A stretch of DNA of 61,738 nucleotides, counting the filler, from Porpidia crustulata (lineage: Eukaryota): the NCBI GenBank assembly GCA_964255105.1. It is 5 parts of 5 records of this genome, joined end to end, with 100 filler letters (N's around TTAATTAATTAA, not from the genome) between each part and the next. Parts side by side here need not be neighbours in the genome. Positions count along the whole stretch, not along the records: positions 37,148 to 49,396 come from CAXUWE010000554.1; positions 49,497 to 61,738 come from CAXUWE010000555.1; 3 more parts are not named here. One strand, written 5' to 3'. How positions within the stretch are numbered: position 1 is the stretch's first letter; every line of letters begins with the position of its first letter. Shown piece by piece: positions 37,148 through 50,479 of the stretch. The notes beneath the pieces were generated by a model. That model worked only from the letters and a program-made list of their open reading frames with translations, did not search any database and was not told the DNA's origin. The position numbers and the translations under genes were made by a program.

Positions 37148-40100
37148 GGACTTCTGATGTCAAAATATCCCGGGGTATTACTTCTGCTATTACTTCTCAT
37201 CCTGCCAGACATTGCGGATTGTGACCTGTCTGCTGGGGAATGCTCCGCAGGACTTCCCCTGCCTTCCTCTATTGGTCTCCCACGTGTAGGGTCTCGAGAT
37301 GGAGGCATGCTACTCTGAAAACCATTCACGCGACCTGCCGGATCTCGAAAAGGCAGAGACTGATAGCCATTTGTATGATCTCGTTCGGCAGCCGCTCTTG
37401 CAGCGAAGCTATGTTGTGGACCATTCCACTTCTCGGGTGCACCAGGACCAGGCTGCCCAGGTCCAGGCCGTCTGACTGAAGGGGGTGAAGGACGCCGGTG
37501 GGGGTTTACTCCACTCCGCTCATTGCTAGGCTCACGCGGCCGCTGCATTCGGTAAATATCTGGAGTCTGACGTCCTGGAGGCTCCCGTCGCGTTTGTGAA
37601 TGACCTCGAGGAGCAAAAGTCCTGGGTTGATCATCCTCTCGCTTAGAGAAGTTCTCCTGAGAAGGCCGTGATGACAGATTCGTTGAACTTGAATTTGCAC
37701 TAATACCCAACATCTTCATCGCTTTCGAAGGTTTCTCTCTGCCAATCAGAGAGCCTCTGCTCGTTTTTGACCTGAGCGCCCCGAACGGATTACCTGTCTT
37801 TGCAGGACTATCATCACGACTACGAGCCCCTGGAGCCGGGCTAGCGGATCTACTGTCCGGTCCCACGAAACTCTCCAACTTATTCTGAACCATGCGTCGT
37901 CTCTCTGCCAACTCCATAGCCAGGCTTTCCCGCTCTTTTTCCGTCTCCGTACTTCCAGCCCGAGCATGATGAGCTTTCAATTGTTCTTGCCACGTTGGAA
38001 CGTTTGAGGATTCCTGACTTCGGCGAGGTGCCTCGTCACCGAGGATTCGCTGTGCTTTGTCGGGACCATGTATTGGAGGCACTGGTGATGGCTCGGGGTT
38101 CTTCCAGGCGTCCCCGTCAGGAGCTATCCGTGTCCAGCTCAATGGAGCCAAAGCGCTGTCACTTCTCTGTTGGAGCGGTTCTCTAATCCTCTGATCACGG
38201 CCTTCACTTAGATCTGGAGTGCCATCTCGGAAAAAGGTTTCCGACCTGCCTGATAGTCTTTGATCTCCTGCATTATAATTATTCTGAAGTTCACGAGGAA
38301 ATTCCTCAACCAGTCCAGGCGATTGTTCTGGGTAAATGGAAGATTGACCGCTATGGTTGCGCAAATGTGCATGTACAAGTCCACTCAATCCTTTTGTAGG
38401 GCCTAGTGTAGGTGAGTCGGCATCCAGGTACGTTGACTTGACTTGATCTGTTGCAGAATGAGTCTGGGATTGCGTTATTGTTGTCTCGCTCATGCTATCA
38501 CATGCCGAGTCTTCCGGTAAGGTCAGCCCGCTGTTGGCACTGTGGTGATGATTGGTGACTCTGAGATAAAAGGGCTCTTCTGCCTCTGTGGCTTTAACAG
38601 CGACATTTGATAAGCTTTGATTCGTCAATACGCTGGTCTTAATATTTGTTTCCATCTCTGCATCACTTTCTCCCGGAGAACCGATCTCGCTGCCGCTCAT
38701 GCCAGCCAAGAAGCTGCCATTCATAGCCGGATGATGTTCTTCATTTAGGTTGTCCCTGCGAAGACTGCCGCTTTCGGGTACGATGCTTAAGACGTGATCA
38801 CCCGGCTGACGTTCTGATGGATGTCTGAAAGAATCATTCCTCGATTGCATGCTGGAGAGAGAATTCTCACGCGTACGACCAGTCAGCTGCTCATCAATAG
38901 ATGCAGCGGCGGGAGAAAATGGACGTGCCGGGGGCGGTGTTTCTCGGCCTTGCTGAAGCTGGATCTGTCGCTGTAGATATTGCTGCTCATTATACTGCTG
39001 TCGAGGTTTATTAAAAGCGCCTAATGCTGTGGCTTTGCCAAGATCGTTCGGCTCTAGTGCAGAGACAAGAGTCACATCGGAGCTTGGACTTAGCAGTGGA
39101 CTTATTGGTCTGCTATAGTCATAGTCGGTTTGACTTGGTGATCTAGTTCGCGTCTCCTCAAGGCCAAGATCAAACTCTGCCATGCGTGGTGGCACTGCAG
39201 ATGGAGGTGGACTACCGGCACGGAAATCATTGGACGCATACAGAGGACCAGATCGTTGAAAACGGTCATGCAGATTCGTGGCACTTCTGGATTGTTGCGC
39301 GGTTCTTGATGACCCTCCAATAGTTCGCTGCCGATGCAGAGACTCAAGTCTGTGCATAGCCGAAGTTTGTTGCTCATACATCTGTTGATCAAGACCTTGG
39401 CCATACAGCCTTCGAGACTTCGGGTGTGGTCGTTCAGAGGCGGGCGAATGGACGGGCGGTTGAGGGGAAGGTAGATTTGTATTCGAAGAACTGTTTACAC
39501 TTCGTTCGTAGATGGACTTTTGCGAAGCGATCGACGTGGCAGCAGTTGACGTGCGAGATTGGGATGGTCCAGAGGTCGTGGATGATCCAGTCTCCCGATT
39601 CCGATTATAATTTGTCAAAGGGGGTGAATTTGACCGGTCATTCTCTTTCGATGATCGTCCAGTCCGCCGTTCCCGTTCCTCTCGCTCCCGCTCCAGCCGT
39701 GCCTGATCTCGTAGCTTCTGGAAAGCTGATGTGGCAACATCGTCACCGTAGAGCAGTTTTCCGCCCATGCCTTGACCAGGGGGTAGATCCGCATCTTCAC
39801 CTGTGCTGACATTCTTTGATGATGCTGAGGCTCCAACAGGGATTTTATAGATTTTCTGCCTGCCACCAAACAACGTATTGCCTTCGCCAGGCCTCGATCG
39901 ACTCATCACACTTCCATTGTGAGACGTATCATCATCCGTGCCGTATCCGTCTGTTACACCCGAACCCACCGAGTTAGCCCTCATGTAGGACGCGAACGGT
40001 GGTCGTATGGAACCTCGAAGCGAATCGACCTCGGCAATATCGCTGAGTCCTTTGTGACCGAAAAGATCGAGCCTCGAAGCTCGCTTGGGAAATAAAACGC

Positions 40101-40386
40101 TATCATCGTTGGCTTTCCCTATCTTGGACGTTGGATCGTCCTGTTCTCGTAGCATGCTAAACCTGGCCGAAAGGTTTGGCATCAAGAGACTTGTGCGGAA
40201 ATCATCTGAAGGAGGCAAGGCAGTCGTGAGGTCGACTTCCGCCTTTGGTTCAGGCTGAACCTTTCTGTTCCTCTTGAACGTTCGTGACGAGAATGTCGGC
40301 ATCGGGGGAACATCCGAATCGGTTGAAGGTCTTCGTGAAGGCTGCGCATCCTGAGCAGGCTTCTTCTTTGACCGAAAGCGATTCAT
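37148..40386 (-). CDS. Large, mostly disordered conserved hypothetical protein, 3'-truncated at contig end
   Basis: Uninterrupted ORF of more than 1070 codons. N-terminal block DDFRTSLLMPNLSARFSMLREQDDP..KIGKANDDSV, GNTLFGGRQKIYKI; S/R/P-rich. Confidence 0.85.
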
Positions 40387-42380
40387 TGTGACACAAGATA
40401 TAGGAGCAGTGAGTGTTATTGGTAACTATCTTGAGCCATTGACATGTCAGTCTAAGTACTTCTCGGCAATAATCCAGCTTGTAATCCATGTTCTCGACAT
40501 ACTCACTGTTCGTTCTTCACCTTGGATGGTCCTAGTATGAAAAAATGGCTTTCTTCCAATGCATCAAGATCTGCCTGTAATCTTTCCTTCAAGAACACGC
40601 AACTGTAAGTTCGAAACGAGTGATCGAACGTGGTCGCAGCCAGCTGCGCGTATGAAGATACTGATGTATAGCGACCGTGTCCCAATGTGTTGAAAAAAAA
40701 GTGTTTAATCGCGGGACTCGATAATGATAGGAGGTTCGTCGATAGAGTTAAATGAGTGCCGGACTACCACGCGCAACTTCCAGATATCTGGTAAATGAGG
40801 GTGAATGGAAAGGCAATGGTGTAGCGTGAACACTGGTAGGACTCAAGCTCTTGACAGAAGGAGTTGTACGTAGTGTTAACTGTAGATGATGGCAAGAACG
40901 AGATCTCGCCCTTCGTAGAGCGCGCGGAGAATTTGGACGGGGAAACGGTAATCTCAAGGAGTGTAAATTGATCGGAGCCAAAGGAGCTTAGGGTCTGAGC
41001 TTGTCTGGGGTGCAGGGCGTGAAGGCAGTGAATAGCGCGTTACGGCGTACATCGGTGAACCTGGATAGCGCGTTCGATTTGATGGAACTCTGGTGATATC
41101 TGATTAAATATAAACTAAGATAAATTTGTTTAATTGAGGTCTTGAACATGAAGAAAGTCAAGTTGATTGTGTGCAGAAAGCAATGACAACTTGACGAGTT
41201 CTTTTCAAGCCGAGACGTGGAATGGAGAAAGCGGCAATACAACGTGGCGAGGATTCATCAGGCTCAACTGCCATTGGCCACATTAATTAATCACATACTG
41301 TATTTTGATGGATGTGAGTTATCCCTGAATCCTTCTCATCCTTCTCATCCGTAAGCAGAATGTCTGAGGTCATGACTCAAAATCCGGAGGAGTTGCCCGT
41401 AACCTCATCGGTATGTAGGTACACAATTGACCATTTAGCAGTTGAACTCATGGAGTCCTGACTCCTGAAAGCCATCCATCTCAAAAAAAGGGGAGAAACG
41501 AGTCGGCAACGGGAGTTTCCGTTTGGTTCACTGGCTGCTTTGCCCCTGTCAAATCTGTTCCAATCGTGAAACACCGGCACACTAAGGGGACCACTGAGCC
41601 TTCATCCCCGGTCGGCCAATCCCAGCCAATCTCTAGGTACCCAGACCACACTTCCAAGGGTCACCCCCGGGGCCTGATATCACGTTGTCACCCACGCTGT
41701 CGGTACCTTGCTGGGCACTCTGGCTGTCAAGCGTGCAGAAAACGCTGGAATATCGTTGTTGTCACCACGGTACTTTCATGATAGTTTTTCGATTCAACAT
41801 CATTCGGTACTTCCTCTCGTAACTGCCAGAATCCCATGTATCATACAGCCAGTCAGTCAACCAGTCACAACGACGGCAGTGAATTGAGGCGTAGATGAAT
41901 GTTTCGGGACCCCATCCATGGTTTCGCAAATTGTCACCAGTTGCCCATTTCCCCCCATTCCTTCCGGTCGCTCGTGCCGAGAGGCCTTGTTGGTAAGCAA
42001 AACAAGAGGGCCACTCGCCAATCGTCATTACTATGATTATTATGATTGGCAGTACCGCTGCTTTTGTCTCCATTTCGTTTGAAAGTGCGCAAGGGATTTC
42101 TTGCGGTGGGATTGGTGCGGGGGGCTCGTGACTCACTGCAGTGATCGCGGTGATGCATACTGCCGCCAAACCAAATTTCGACACGTCGACGCAGGATATT
42201 CGCAGATGGTCAATTTCTCGTAGGCTATGGGAAACGAGATGCGATTGTGTCGCTACGTGTAGGTCTCGCATAGGTACGTACGCAAATGACTTGAATCGTG
42301 AGGGAAGTAACGAATCCATCGAAGAATCCCCAACCTTTTTATTCGTACAGCGACCTATGCGAAACCTCGGGCCTAATTGT

Positions 42381-44194
42381 CTACAACTCGTCTCTCGGCG
42401 AGGCCGACTTTGCGGGCCCGTTCCCTGCGGCACCGCACACGGCAGGCGTCCCAACTTCCATTCTGTACACGCACTTCTCCTCTTCCACCACTCTCCATAC
42501 CTCGTCTTTCTCCGCGCACGCCAGCACGACCAGCGTGCTTCTGTTCGGCCCGTTCCAGCAATGCTGCCCGTTCTCGTACCTTAGCGCAACCCGCTGGCCC
42601 GATCCGAGACCTTTGCCGTCCGGCGGGAGGTCATCGTCGACGGTGATCGAGTCTACCCGAACAAAATCCCCAAGACCAGTCTCCCCACCTCCTTTCCGCG
42701 ATTTTTGCTTGGTCTTGTCAAACCAACAGAGTTCGTAAGTGTACTCGCCCGCGTCTCGGGACACGCATTGACCTTTGAGCGCCCTGAACACATCGTCTTG
42801 GCCGTAATCCTTGTTCAAGTCTTCTTTGTCGCCGTTGAGCTGATTCTGGAGATTGTTCAAATCGTTCATACCGGAATTGAGCGCGTCACGGGCATCTGTG
42901 ACTGCTTTGGATTCTGACGCGTCTGTGCTATGAGATGCTGCCAGGATACCGTTGTCGACAAGAAGAACCCGCAGATCCCGGAGTTTCTGATCAATCCAGT
43001 CCCGAGCCGCTTTGGGAAGATATTCTTCAAATTTATAGACTGTGAATGTTTTAGCCTTTGAATAGTCGATAAACCCATGATTTGTGACTTACGGACGGCC
43101 ACATCATCGTCATTCGTATCTTCCCATTCTTCCCACTTGATGGCCCCGGTTTCACCATCCGGCTTTGAAATTTCATCTAGATCTCGATCATGAGCGGCAT
43201 CGCCAGAACTCAGCTTGTCTCGAGCGGCATAGTCTTCCCATGCCCTCACTGTTCGTTTGACACCCTCGTCGTTGAAATTGGGGTTGTAGTCCTCTTTGAA
43301 TTTGCTTAGGATGGCCTCCAACTCCGTGACCCTGGCTACGCTGGTGTCCCGCTGTGCCCTTACTTCCACCAAGGCACCTCGAAGCTCATCAATGCGATCC
43401 TTAGCTAGTCCAGCCAGAACACCAATCTTACTTCCTTTGATAGGACCTTTTACAACTTTCCCTCTCTCCCGCTTCTCAACTTCAGCCAGCGACACTTCAA
43501 GATCCCGAACCTTGATAGTAGCTCCTTCAATTTGAGTCTGTAGAGATTGTAGACGGTCCTCTATCTCCTTCCGAAGTATTCCTGCGGTGGCCACCAATTC
43601 CTTCCTTCTCTTGGTCGCAGCCCCCAGAGATTTCTGATTCTGCTCGTCCTGCTTTTTCCATTCTTTACCAATTTCTTTGCATCTATTCTCACACTTAGTC
43701 CCTCCCACCTGCTGCCACTCATCACTACCATCACAGCAAAGATCGTAATCGCATACGCCATCATTGATGCTCAGAAAGGGGGTGTAGCTTGGTTGATGGC
43801 CCTTGTTTTTACAGTAGAAACCTGGGAGAGCAAGGGAGACATTGGAATCGTGATTTGAGTAATCGCTGAGTAATTGCGGGGAGAGATCTGACAGATGAGA
43901 GCAAGCAGATGTGCCGGGCTCGTCAGATCCATCGGGGCAGTCGCAGTAATCATCGTTGACTTGCGAGGGAGGAATTTTTATCGAGGGAGTAGATATACAT
44001 GTGAAGCTGTCGCTAGATTTGTAGAACTTGGCGACTGGAGTTTGAAGCTATCAGTGACTTCGAGCATTAAATATCGTATTTCATAATAAAAGGAGCTTAC
44101 ATTCAGGGCCGACACCTCTCGGTCGAGGTATCTCTGCAGCCCCAGCCGAGCAAACGGCGGTGCTGAACAAGGCGGTCCACTCGAGCTTCCTCAT
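42381..44194 (-). CDS. gtb1: Glucosidase II beta subunit (PRKCSH/Gtb1) (~564 aa)
   Basis: Signal peptide; introns 44035-44100 and 43040-43092. VNDDYCDCPDGSDEPGTSAC, YNPNFNDEGVKR, MRH domain (YTYELC, YENGQHCWNGPNRS); C-terminal RDEL ER-retention signal. Confidence 0.95.
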
Positions 44195-45272
44195 CTTGAA
44201 TAATATATTACAGGAAGCGCGATTGACTCCCACAATACGTGATCAATCTGTGGGTTGGCTGTCATCAGCGGAATAAAGGTAGAGCAATGGCGGCTAAGAT
44301 CTAGCGGCGTCTAGCCGCATGTTACATCAGATGTCAAATTCTTCCCCGTCCCCATCCCATCATTGATATGATTGTACCATGGGAGAGCCTTTCCATTGTG
44401 TTTGCTAAGGTATCTAATTAGACATCGCTAGTCTTCAACGTTGGCGAGCAAAACGAACTCTCGATACACAACAGCCTCAGTCTCTAGATATTTTTCACAC
44501 GGGCTTTCCGCTTCGAGAAGACTTATGCTTTGCACTGCAAATTACGTCCTTTACCTACAAGCGAGCAGCTTCAGTTATACTTTTGATTAATTCAACAACC
44601 GATTTCCTTTTTTCGAGTCTTCATCATCCTCCATGTTGAATAAACCTGCTTCGTTACCTAAACCCTCTTGAGGAGCACGCTCATAGTATGCCAGTATCCG
44701 TCTCCTCGTCAGATAGGGCGCTGTCACACAATGAGGTAATATTATGGCTGGAAGTTGGTTTTAGGGGACCTCTTCGTGGTTTTGCATGACCTCTAAGACG
44801 ATATAGGCATTACAATTGTTGGTTGGGTCGCTGGAGGTCTGCGAAGTGAGGTCTAGTTACGAATATAGAATAGTACCGAACTATTGGGCTACGTCTAAGA
44901 ATCTGTTCACATGAAAGCGGTTGTAATGATGGAACTCCTACTCCACACTGCCATGACTCTTTGATGCTCGCCTTCGCGCGCCCGGATCATTTCGGTCACC
45001 CCACTTGAATGAAGACCTTATCGATACATCATGCGCAGAGCCCTTTAGAGACTAGTACAACAAATCAGAGAGAACCCGAATGTAGAGCTGTGAGGTCAAG
45101 AGCCGTGCTTGCTAGAGAATCATACAAGGAGATTAGTAGAGAGCCATATATAAGTCATAAAGATGCACTTTATCAAGCGAAGTGGTGCATATATTCTTTT
45201 GTCCCATGTTGTAACAACTTGTTGTATTTCCTTAGGTAAAAGTTAAACGCCTTGTAATCCCTTTCTTCGATA

Positions 45273-46314
45273 TTATCGCTTGGCGCCGGCAGGTATTGAA
45301 TAACCCCTTGTCATAAAATCCAGATGCTTCTCATCCATCCCGTTTTTCGAGGAGAACAGGCTCTTTAGGTTGTCATTCTTGGCCAACTTGCGTCGCTTGT
45401 TCTTTTCCTGCTCTTCGGCAAGCACCTTTGCGGTCAGCGAAGCAGTATCTACATTCTGTATAACACCAATTTCGGTATCAATGCCTTTTCTTGGTTGCGA
45501 AATAGAGCTTTCCAGATTTTCTTCAAGGGTATCCGACTTGATAACCTCTTTGCTCGAAGCGTCCTTCTTCCTTTTCTTGCCGGAGCCTGAAGCCTTCTTG
45601 AGCGAATGTGTAAGACCCTGCTCTTTTAGTTTCCGCGCGCGACTTCTGAGACGATCTTTGTCGACAGGTAGCGTAGGGAGGATTGTTATTACGTTGTCAG
45701 TATTGTAGGATTCGTTGCACTAGGAGGATTAGTCGAAGGTCTAGTACTCACGTGATATGTGACCTACCTGCAAGCAGTTTTCCCCAGACATCTCCTTGAC
45801 AGCGCTTTCTAGGAAGGCATGGCCGCAGGGCACTAGATACACACTCCTCACCCCGGGTCCCAGTGCCTTGTTGGTGATCGGACATACCAAATTCAACGGG
45901 CTTGCTTTGCTACCTTTTTTCTCGTCATGCCCTTCGATTTGGAATTTGACCTCTACCACATCTCGAAGACTTTTTACGAGCGAGTTGAAATCATCCTCGT
46001 GAGAAACTTTGCCTATGTCTAAAGAATCATTGCCTGCAGCCAATAAGTGTTCGAGGACGACAGCTTTGCTATATAGGTTCCCTAGGTAGTCGGAGACCAG
46101 AGGTAATGATAAGGGTTGGTGGGAAAGCGGATCAGTTGTCCAGTAATGTTCTTGTTGTTCTTTCTGAGTCTCTTTCAGTTGGGTTGTTGAGGGATTGCGC
46201 GCAGCTTCTTTGACGAGCTCACGGCGAGTGGGTATGCTGTAAATCACTCTGTCAGCCGCAAGAGCACTCCGGCAGGGTTGAATCAGTGACATACCTACCC
46301 CCATCATTACCCAT
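45273..46314 (-). CDS. rtf2: Replication termination factor 2 (Rtf2 RING) (~311 aa)
   Basis: MGNDGGSIPTRRELVK across intron 46237-46294; second intron 45720-45767. CPIT, VPCGHAF, CLQC, NDNLKSLF, DFMTRGYSIPA. Confidence 0.92.
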
Positions 46315-46766
46315 CGCGAAATATATTAGTAGTGGAGTAGTGGAAGTAGACTTGATCAAGGAGCTTATCCCAAAGATCATGCTGATATACTAGTACAAGG
46401 TCTAAGCAGGGGTCTCCCGCTGCTACAGAGTAACCGCTTATGGCCTCGCTTATATTTTACAAGAAGACCCAGAATCGCAACATGCAGTCTTCGTATCTTC
46501 GTGTAGTAGGTTTGATTCTCTTTGTAGATTTAGGACGACTATTTGTGCGTGCTGTTTGGATCTGGTTTTCGAAATGCATTCAAACCAATGGTATATTTAA
46601 ATAGGTAGATGAGCTGAAATTATCTGCAGCTTTCGATAACCCAGCAGTCTCACTCGAACATCGTTTCATTTGCGGCTGATGTGGTTGTTCGTGACTTATC
46701 GCCTTCATCAGTATAAACGCTGAAAATCATACTCCACTTCATCTACATATACATTTTGAGATATAG

Positions 46767-48626
46767 ATGTCTTTGAGCGACGTCGTCTTTGGTTCTACGA
46801 ACCACTACTGGATTTTGCTTTCTACCATATCCTGCGTGATACTTACTCTTCTTCCTCGGTCTTCTAATGCGTTAATGACAAATTCTTCAAGCGCAAACAT
46901 CACTATAACAGTGCCTCCAGGTACAACAAACCACGGCAATGCTCATCTACTATGTACTCCTTCAAGCTGGACAGACGTTGTAACTTTCTTCTTTGCCAAT
47001 TTCTTTGCGCATGCTGCGACACTCAAATCGCTGCCCGGGGAGCCGGCTATACCTGCTTCGTGGGCACTCGTTTTTGCCCTCATGATTCCTACTTCGGGCA
47101 TCGTTAGAGGACTCAAGGCGATATACCAGCGTGCTATTCTCTGTGATACACCGCTTGAGACCGCTGCTAAAGCTGAAGCTCTCTGCATGGTCATACGAAC
47201 AGCATCCTGGAGGCCCCGAACAGGGGACGTCATTCGGGGTGCTTCATTCAGTGTACCAAAGGTAGTCCCAGAGGAGAATGGCGAAAGAGCATCTATATCC
47301 TATCGGTTGAGACAATTTTGGATGCGTGCCAAGGATCGTGAGCTTGACGGTGTGGTACTTCAAATGCTGAAACCTGAACTTGACGGTCAAGCATCCAACG
47401 TCAAATCTATTCTTAGATCTGTAATGGATAGAGGTTCAACACAGGATTCATCAAATAAAGCTGAAGCTCAGAAACCACTTAGTCTGGCAGTGCATCATTG
47501 GTCGCCTCTCGACTCTCCGTTCCTACCCTCTATTGACTTTTCAAGTATACAAGGACGAAGCGTTCATGGTATCTGCTGCTTACCTCCAGGGTATGCCCTC
47601 TTATCTTTGCCTTCTGAAGCCGTTGTCGTCGGCCTTGGAGGCGGCGCTACATGCCAGCAAGTAGGTAAAACTCATGGCTGGTTTAGGAGGTCAATCTCGA
47701 GCTTCAGGATTAACATCGTTGGATTCTATTCTTACTTATTTAAACGTCATTCTACTGGTAGGCTTGAAAGGCTCGAAACTGGCCTAGGGTCTTACATTTC
47801 AAATGGGATTAGCTCGTCTTACAACTTGCCAAAAGCTTTAGTCGCAATCTTTCAGACAGTTTACGCATCAGCTACTTTGTACAGTGCACGGGGTGATCAA
47901 ATAGAGCAATACGGCTTTGCTGCGTTTGGTCTGACAGTTGCACCATATCTGGTTATGTCGCTAGTTAATCTGGTAAGTGGTATACTCACCCCCGACTATG
48001 CTACAGTCTATCTCGTCAAGTCTGAAATCATGGAGGAAGCTATGAGGCGTGAAGGAGCGATATTTGAAGGAATGGTTGGTTCCATCGTGGCGGATGGCTT
48101 GGAATTTAATTCACTCAACATCGTATCTGAGGTAGAGGATGGTCGCATACAAATGGTACCGTCAAGAGCGCCTACCCTCACAAAGAGGGAAGGGCAATTA
48201 CCCAAAGAACCAGAACCAGAAGCTATCGAGGTCTCTCTACGTGATCAGAAATTGGAGAAGCAGCAATCGATCCACAGTCCTACATTGCTTGTCCCTTCAT
48301 ACCCTAAATTGAAGAAAACAAGCGACATCCAAAGTGGAACTATACTCCTTGCTTCATGCTACGGAAGTCTTCTCATAGGCTGTCTTGCGATAGCGATCAA
48401 CGGGAGTCTATCACACTTCCAACATAGCCAGAGTACGTATGCGCAGCGAGTATGGACAATGACTTGGTTGGGATTTGGCATAATGATTGGCCCTCTTACG
48501 CTACTCAGAGACAAACTTGACGTCGATTACCTCGTTTCCTCGATCTATTTTATACCTGCCATCGGAGGGTTTGTCGCTGTGGCTCGGATGTTGCTGGCCT
48601 ACGGGAACTGCGTCAAGATTGACTGA
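46767..48626 (+). CDS. Intronless multi-pass fungal membrane protein of unknown function (start may be ATG 46875)
   Basis: 619-codon ORF with LLCTPSSWTDVVTFFFANFFAHAAT, SSSYNLPKALVAIFQ, RGDQIEQYGFAAFGLTVAPY, QRVWTMTWL and terminal YGNC. Confidence 0.8.
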   Translation: MSLSDVVFGSTNHYWILLSTISCVILTLLPRSSNALMTNSSSANITITVPPGTTNHGNAHLLCTPSSWTDVVTFFFANFFAHAATLKSLPGEPAIPASWALVFALMIPTSGIVRGLKAIYQRAILCDTPLETAAKAEALCMVIRTASWRPRTGDVIRGASFSVPKVVPEENGERASISYRLRQFWMRAKDRELDGVVLQMLKPELDGQASNVKSILRSVMDRGSTQDSSNKAEAQKPLSLAVHHWSPLDSPFLPSIDFSSIQGRSVHGICCLPPGYALLSLPSEAVVVGLGGGATCQQVGKTHGWFRRSISSFRINIVGFYSYLFKRHSTGRLERLETGLGSYISNGISSSYNLPKALVAIFQTVYASATLYSARGDQIEQYGFAAFGLTVAPYLVMSLVNLVSGILTPDYATVYLVKSEIMEEAMRREGAIFEGMVGSIVADGLEFNSLNIVSEVEDGRIQMVPSRAPTLTKREGQLPKEPEPEAIEVSLRDQKLEKQQSIHSPTLLVPSYPKLKKTSDIQSGTILLASCYGSLLIGCLAIAINGSLSHFQHSQSTYAQRVWTMTWLGFGIMIGPLTLLRDKLDVDYLVSSIYFIPAIGGFVAVARMLLAYGNCVKID

Positions 48627-48710
48627 GGAATACTCGTATTTGTTACTGCTTCCATGATGTCGAAGCTGGAAACTTGGATTTTTCTACTTTTCTGCTTTGC
48701 TTTTTTTTTG

Positions 48711-49325
48711 GTTCATGGTATATTATTCATTGCTGAGGGCAAAGAATATTAACGCTTAATGAACACGATCGTCATGAAATCTTCAGAACAATTTATCACA
48801 TCATCAACTCAAAGCTATCTTCTTATGAAATTATAAAATAATCTCAGCCAAACATATCACTGATTCTCAAGTTTATTTATAAAATTTTTATATTAACATC
48901 TTTATCATGATTTTTCTTTCTCTCTTCATAATTATTAAACACTTGTATCACGCTCTTCGCTTCTAAAATCGTGGCTCATTCATCGAACTATTTATTTGTT
49001 AATGGTATATTAATCATTGCTGAGAGCTAGGGGTCTTCACTCTTAATGAACACGGCCGACATTCTTCCAAATAATTTACCACGTCACCAACTCAAACCTA
49101 TCTTCTCATGGATTTCCTCGCTGACACATTAGGACGTGAGGTATAACACTCTGTATTCACATGCGATAAAGTGATCTCAGCTAAACAGATCAGTGACCTT
49201 CGAGTCCACTCATAAATGTCCTATACTAGCATCCCTATCATCATTCCCCCCCTCTCCTCATCACTATTAAAAACTTATACCACGCTCTTTGCCTCTGAAA
49301 CCATGGCTCATCCATCAGGCAATTC
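48711..49325. repeat. Diverged tandem duplication (~287 bp and ~330 bp copies)
   Basis: Collinear anchors in both copies: ATGGTATATTA, TCATTGCTGAG, CTTAATGAACACG, AACTCAAA, ATCTCAGC, CACGCTCTT, TGGCTCAT. Copy 1 is ~48711-48997, copy 2 is ~48998-49325. Confidence 0.85.
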
Positions 49326-49396
49326 TCATCCTACCCCCCTTCAAAAAAAGGGTTTGGCCCTTTGACGCTATAGGGAGCTCCAAAACATCCCAAGAG

Positions 49397-49496
49397 NNNN
49401 NNNNNNNNNNNNNNNNNNNNNNNNNNNNNNNNNNNNNNNNTTAATTAATTAANNNNNNNNNNNNNNNNNNNNNNNNNNNNNNNNNNNNNNNNNNNN
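49397..49496. other. Artificial contig linker
   Basis: N44-TTAATTAATTAA-N44. Confidence 0.98.
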
Positions 49497-50479
49497 GAGG
49501 TAGACGGCGAGGAAGTAGAAGTTGTCGATGAAGATGATGGGGGGGTGGACGATTGGATTGATGATGTCGATGGAGAAGGTGCTGGGACGATTACGACGGT
49601 GGTAGACGTCGATGAGCGTGGGATTGTGCTCGAGGTAGGTCTGGCTGTGACGGAGGGAGTGACCATAATTGTGGTTGTGGAGCTGATAATGCCTTGAAAT
49701 TCAATCTGTCAGTGCTCTTCTCCAAATTACAATCGAGGCTAATTCTTACAGCCGACCCCATTACATATGTACCCTGGTATGCAGCATCCTCCTCCTGAGC
49801 TACCAGGACAGCTAGTGTATCCTTGCTGGCAGCTTGAGACCTCATTCGAACAACTTTGCCCCTGTGCGCAGCATCCAACGTCTCCGAGACCAACATCTGT
49901 GATCAGCTGGCAGACCTCTCCGTTCGGACAACAGCTGTTTGGTCGACTGGTGGAGTCGCAGCTTGCTGTACCTGTAGGACATTGGAAGTTGCGCCTATTC
50001 AAGAAATGAAGGACTGCACGAGGCGAAAGTGCGCGGTCGTATGCTTCTTCCTGGGTGGCGTGTCGCGAGAAAGGAGCCTGGAGAGGAGATAACACGGTAG
50101 TATTGAGCCAAGCATTTGAAATCCTACGCTCGTCTGCCTTCTGATCCAGCGGTCGTGCTTGTGACTTTCTCATGGTCTGGCTCGGATCGTTCTCGAGCGT
50201 TGATTCTTGGTTTCCTCCATCGAATCGCCAATATTCCAAAAAGAACATCTCTCCCTCATCGTCATTCATCTTCCGTACCCCAATTGGCTTCTCATGCACA
50301 AGCCGCTTTTGTATGTCGATATTCCTTTTTAGTAGAGAATCGTCATTGGGAAAGCGTCCGACCTTGGCAGGTAGATCGGGAGGCCATCGAGCTTCAATGG
50401 CTTGCGCTGGGGGAGAGGTGGTGATAACAAACAGCAGCAGCGACGCAGGTATTAATTTGAGACTCTCTAATATCAACAT
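49497..50479 (-). CDS. Secreted Cys-rich, Ser/Thr-rich (probably GPI-anchored) protein, 3'-truncated at contig end
   Basis: ATG 50479 with signal peptide; GVRKMNDDEGEMFFLEYW; Kex2-like RR; CPTG..CC..C..CC..C..CC cluster; intron 49693-49749 leads into a Ser/Thr stalk. Confidence 0.82.

Noticed and set aside
40503..42380. ORFs up to 230 aa between the large hypothetical gene and gtb1
   Set aside because: Composition is not protein-like and most starts are non-ATG. More likely promoter and UTR sequence, with a possible 5'-UTR intron donor near 40506.
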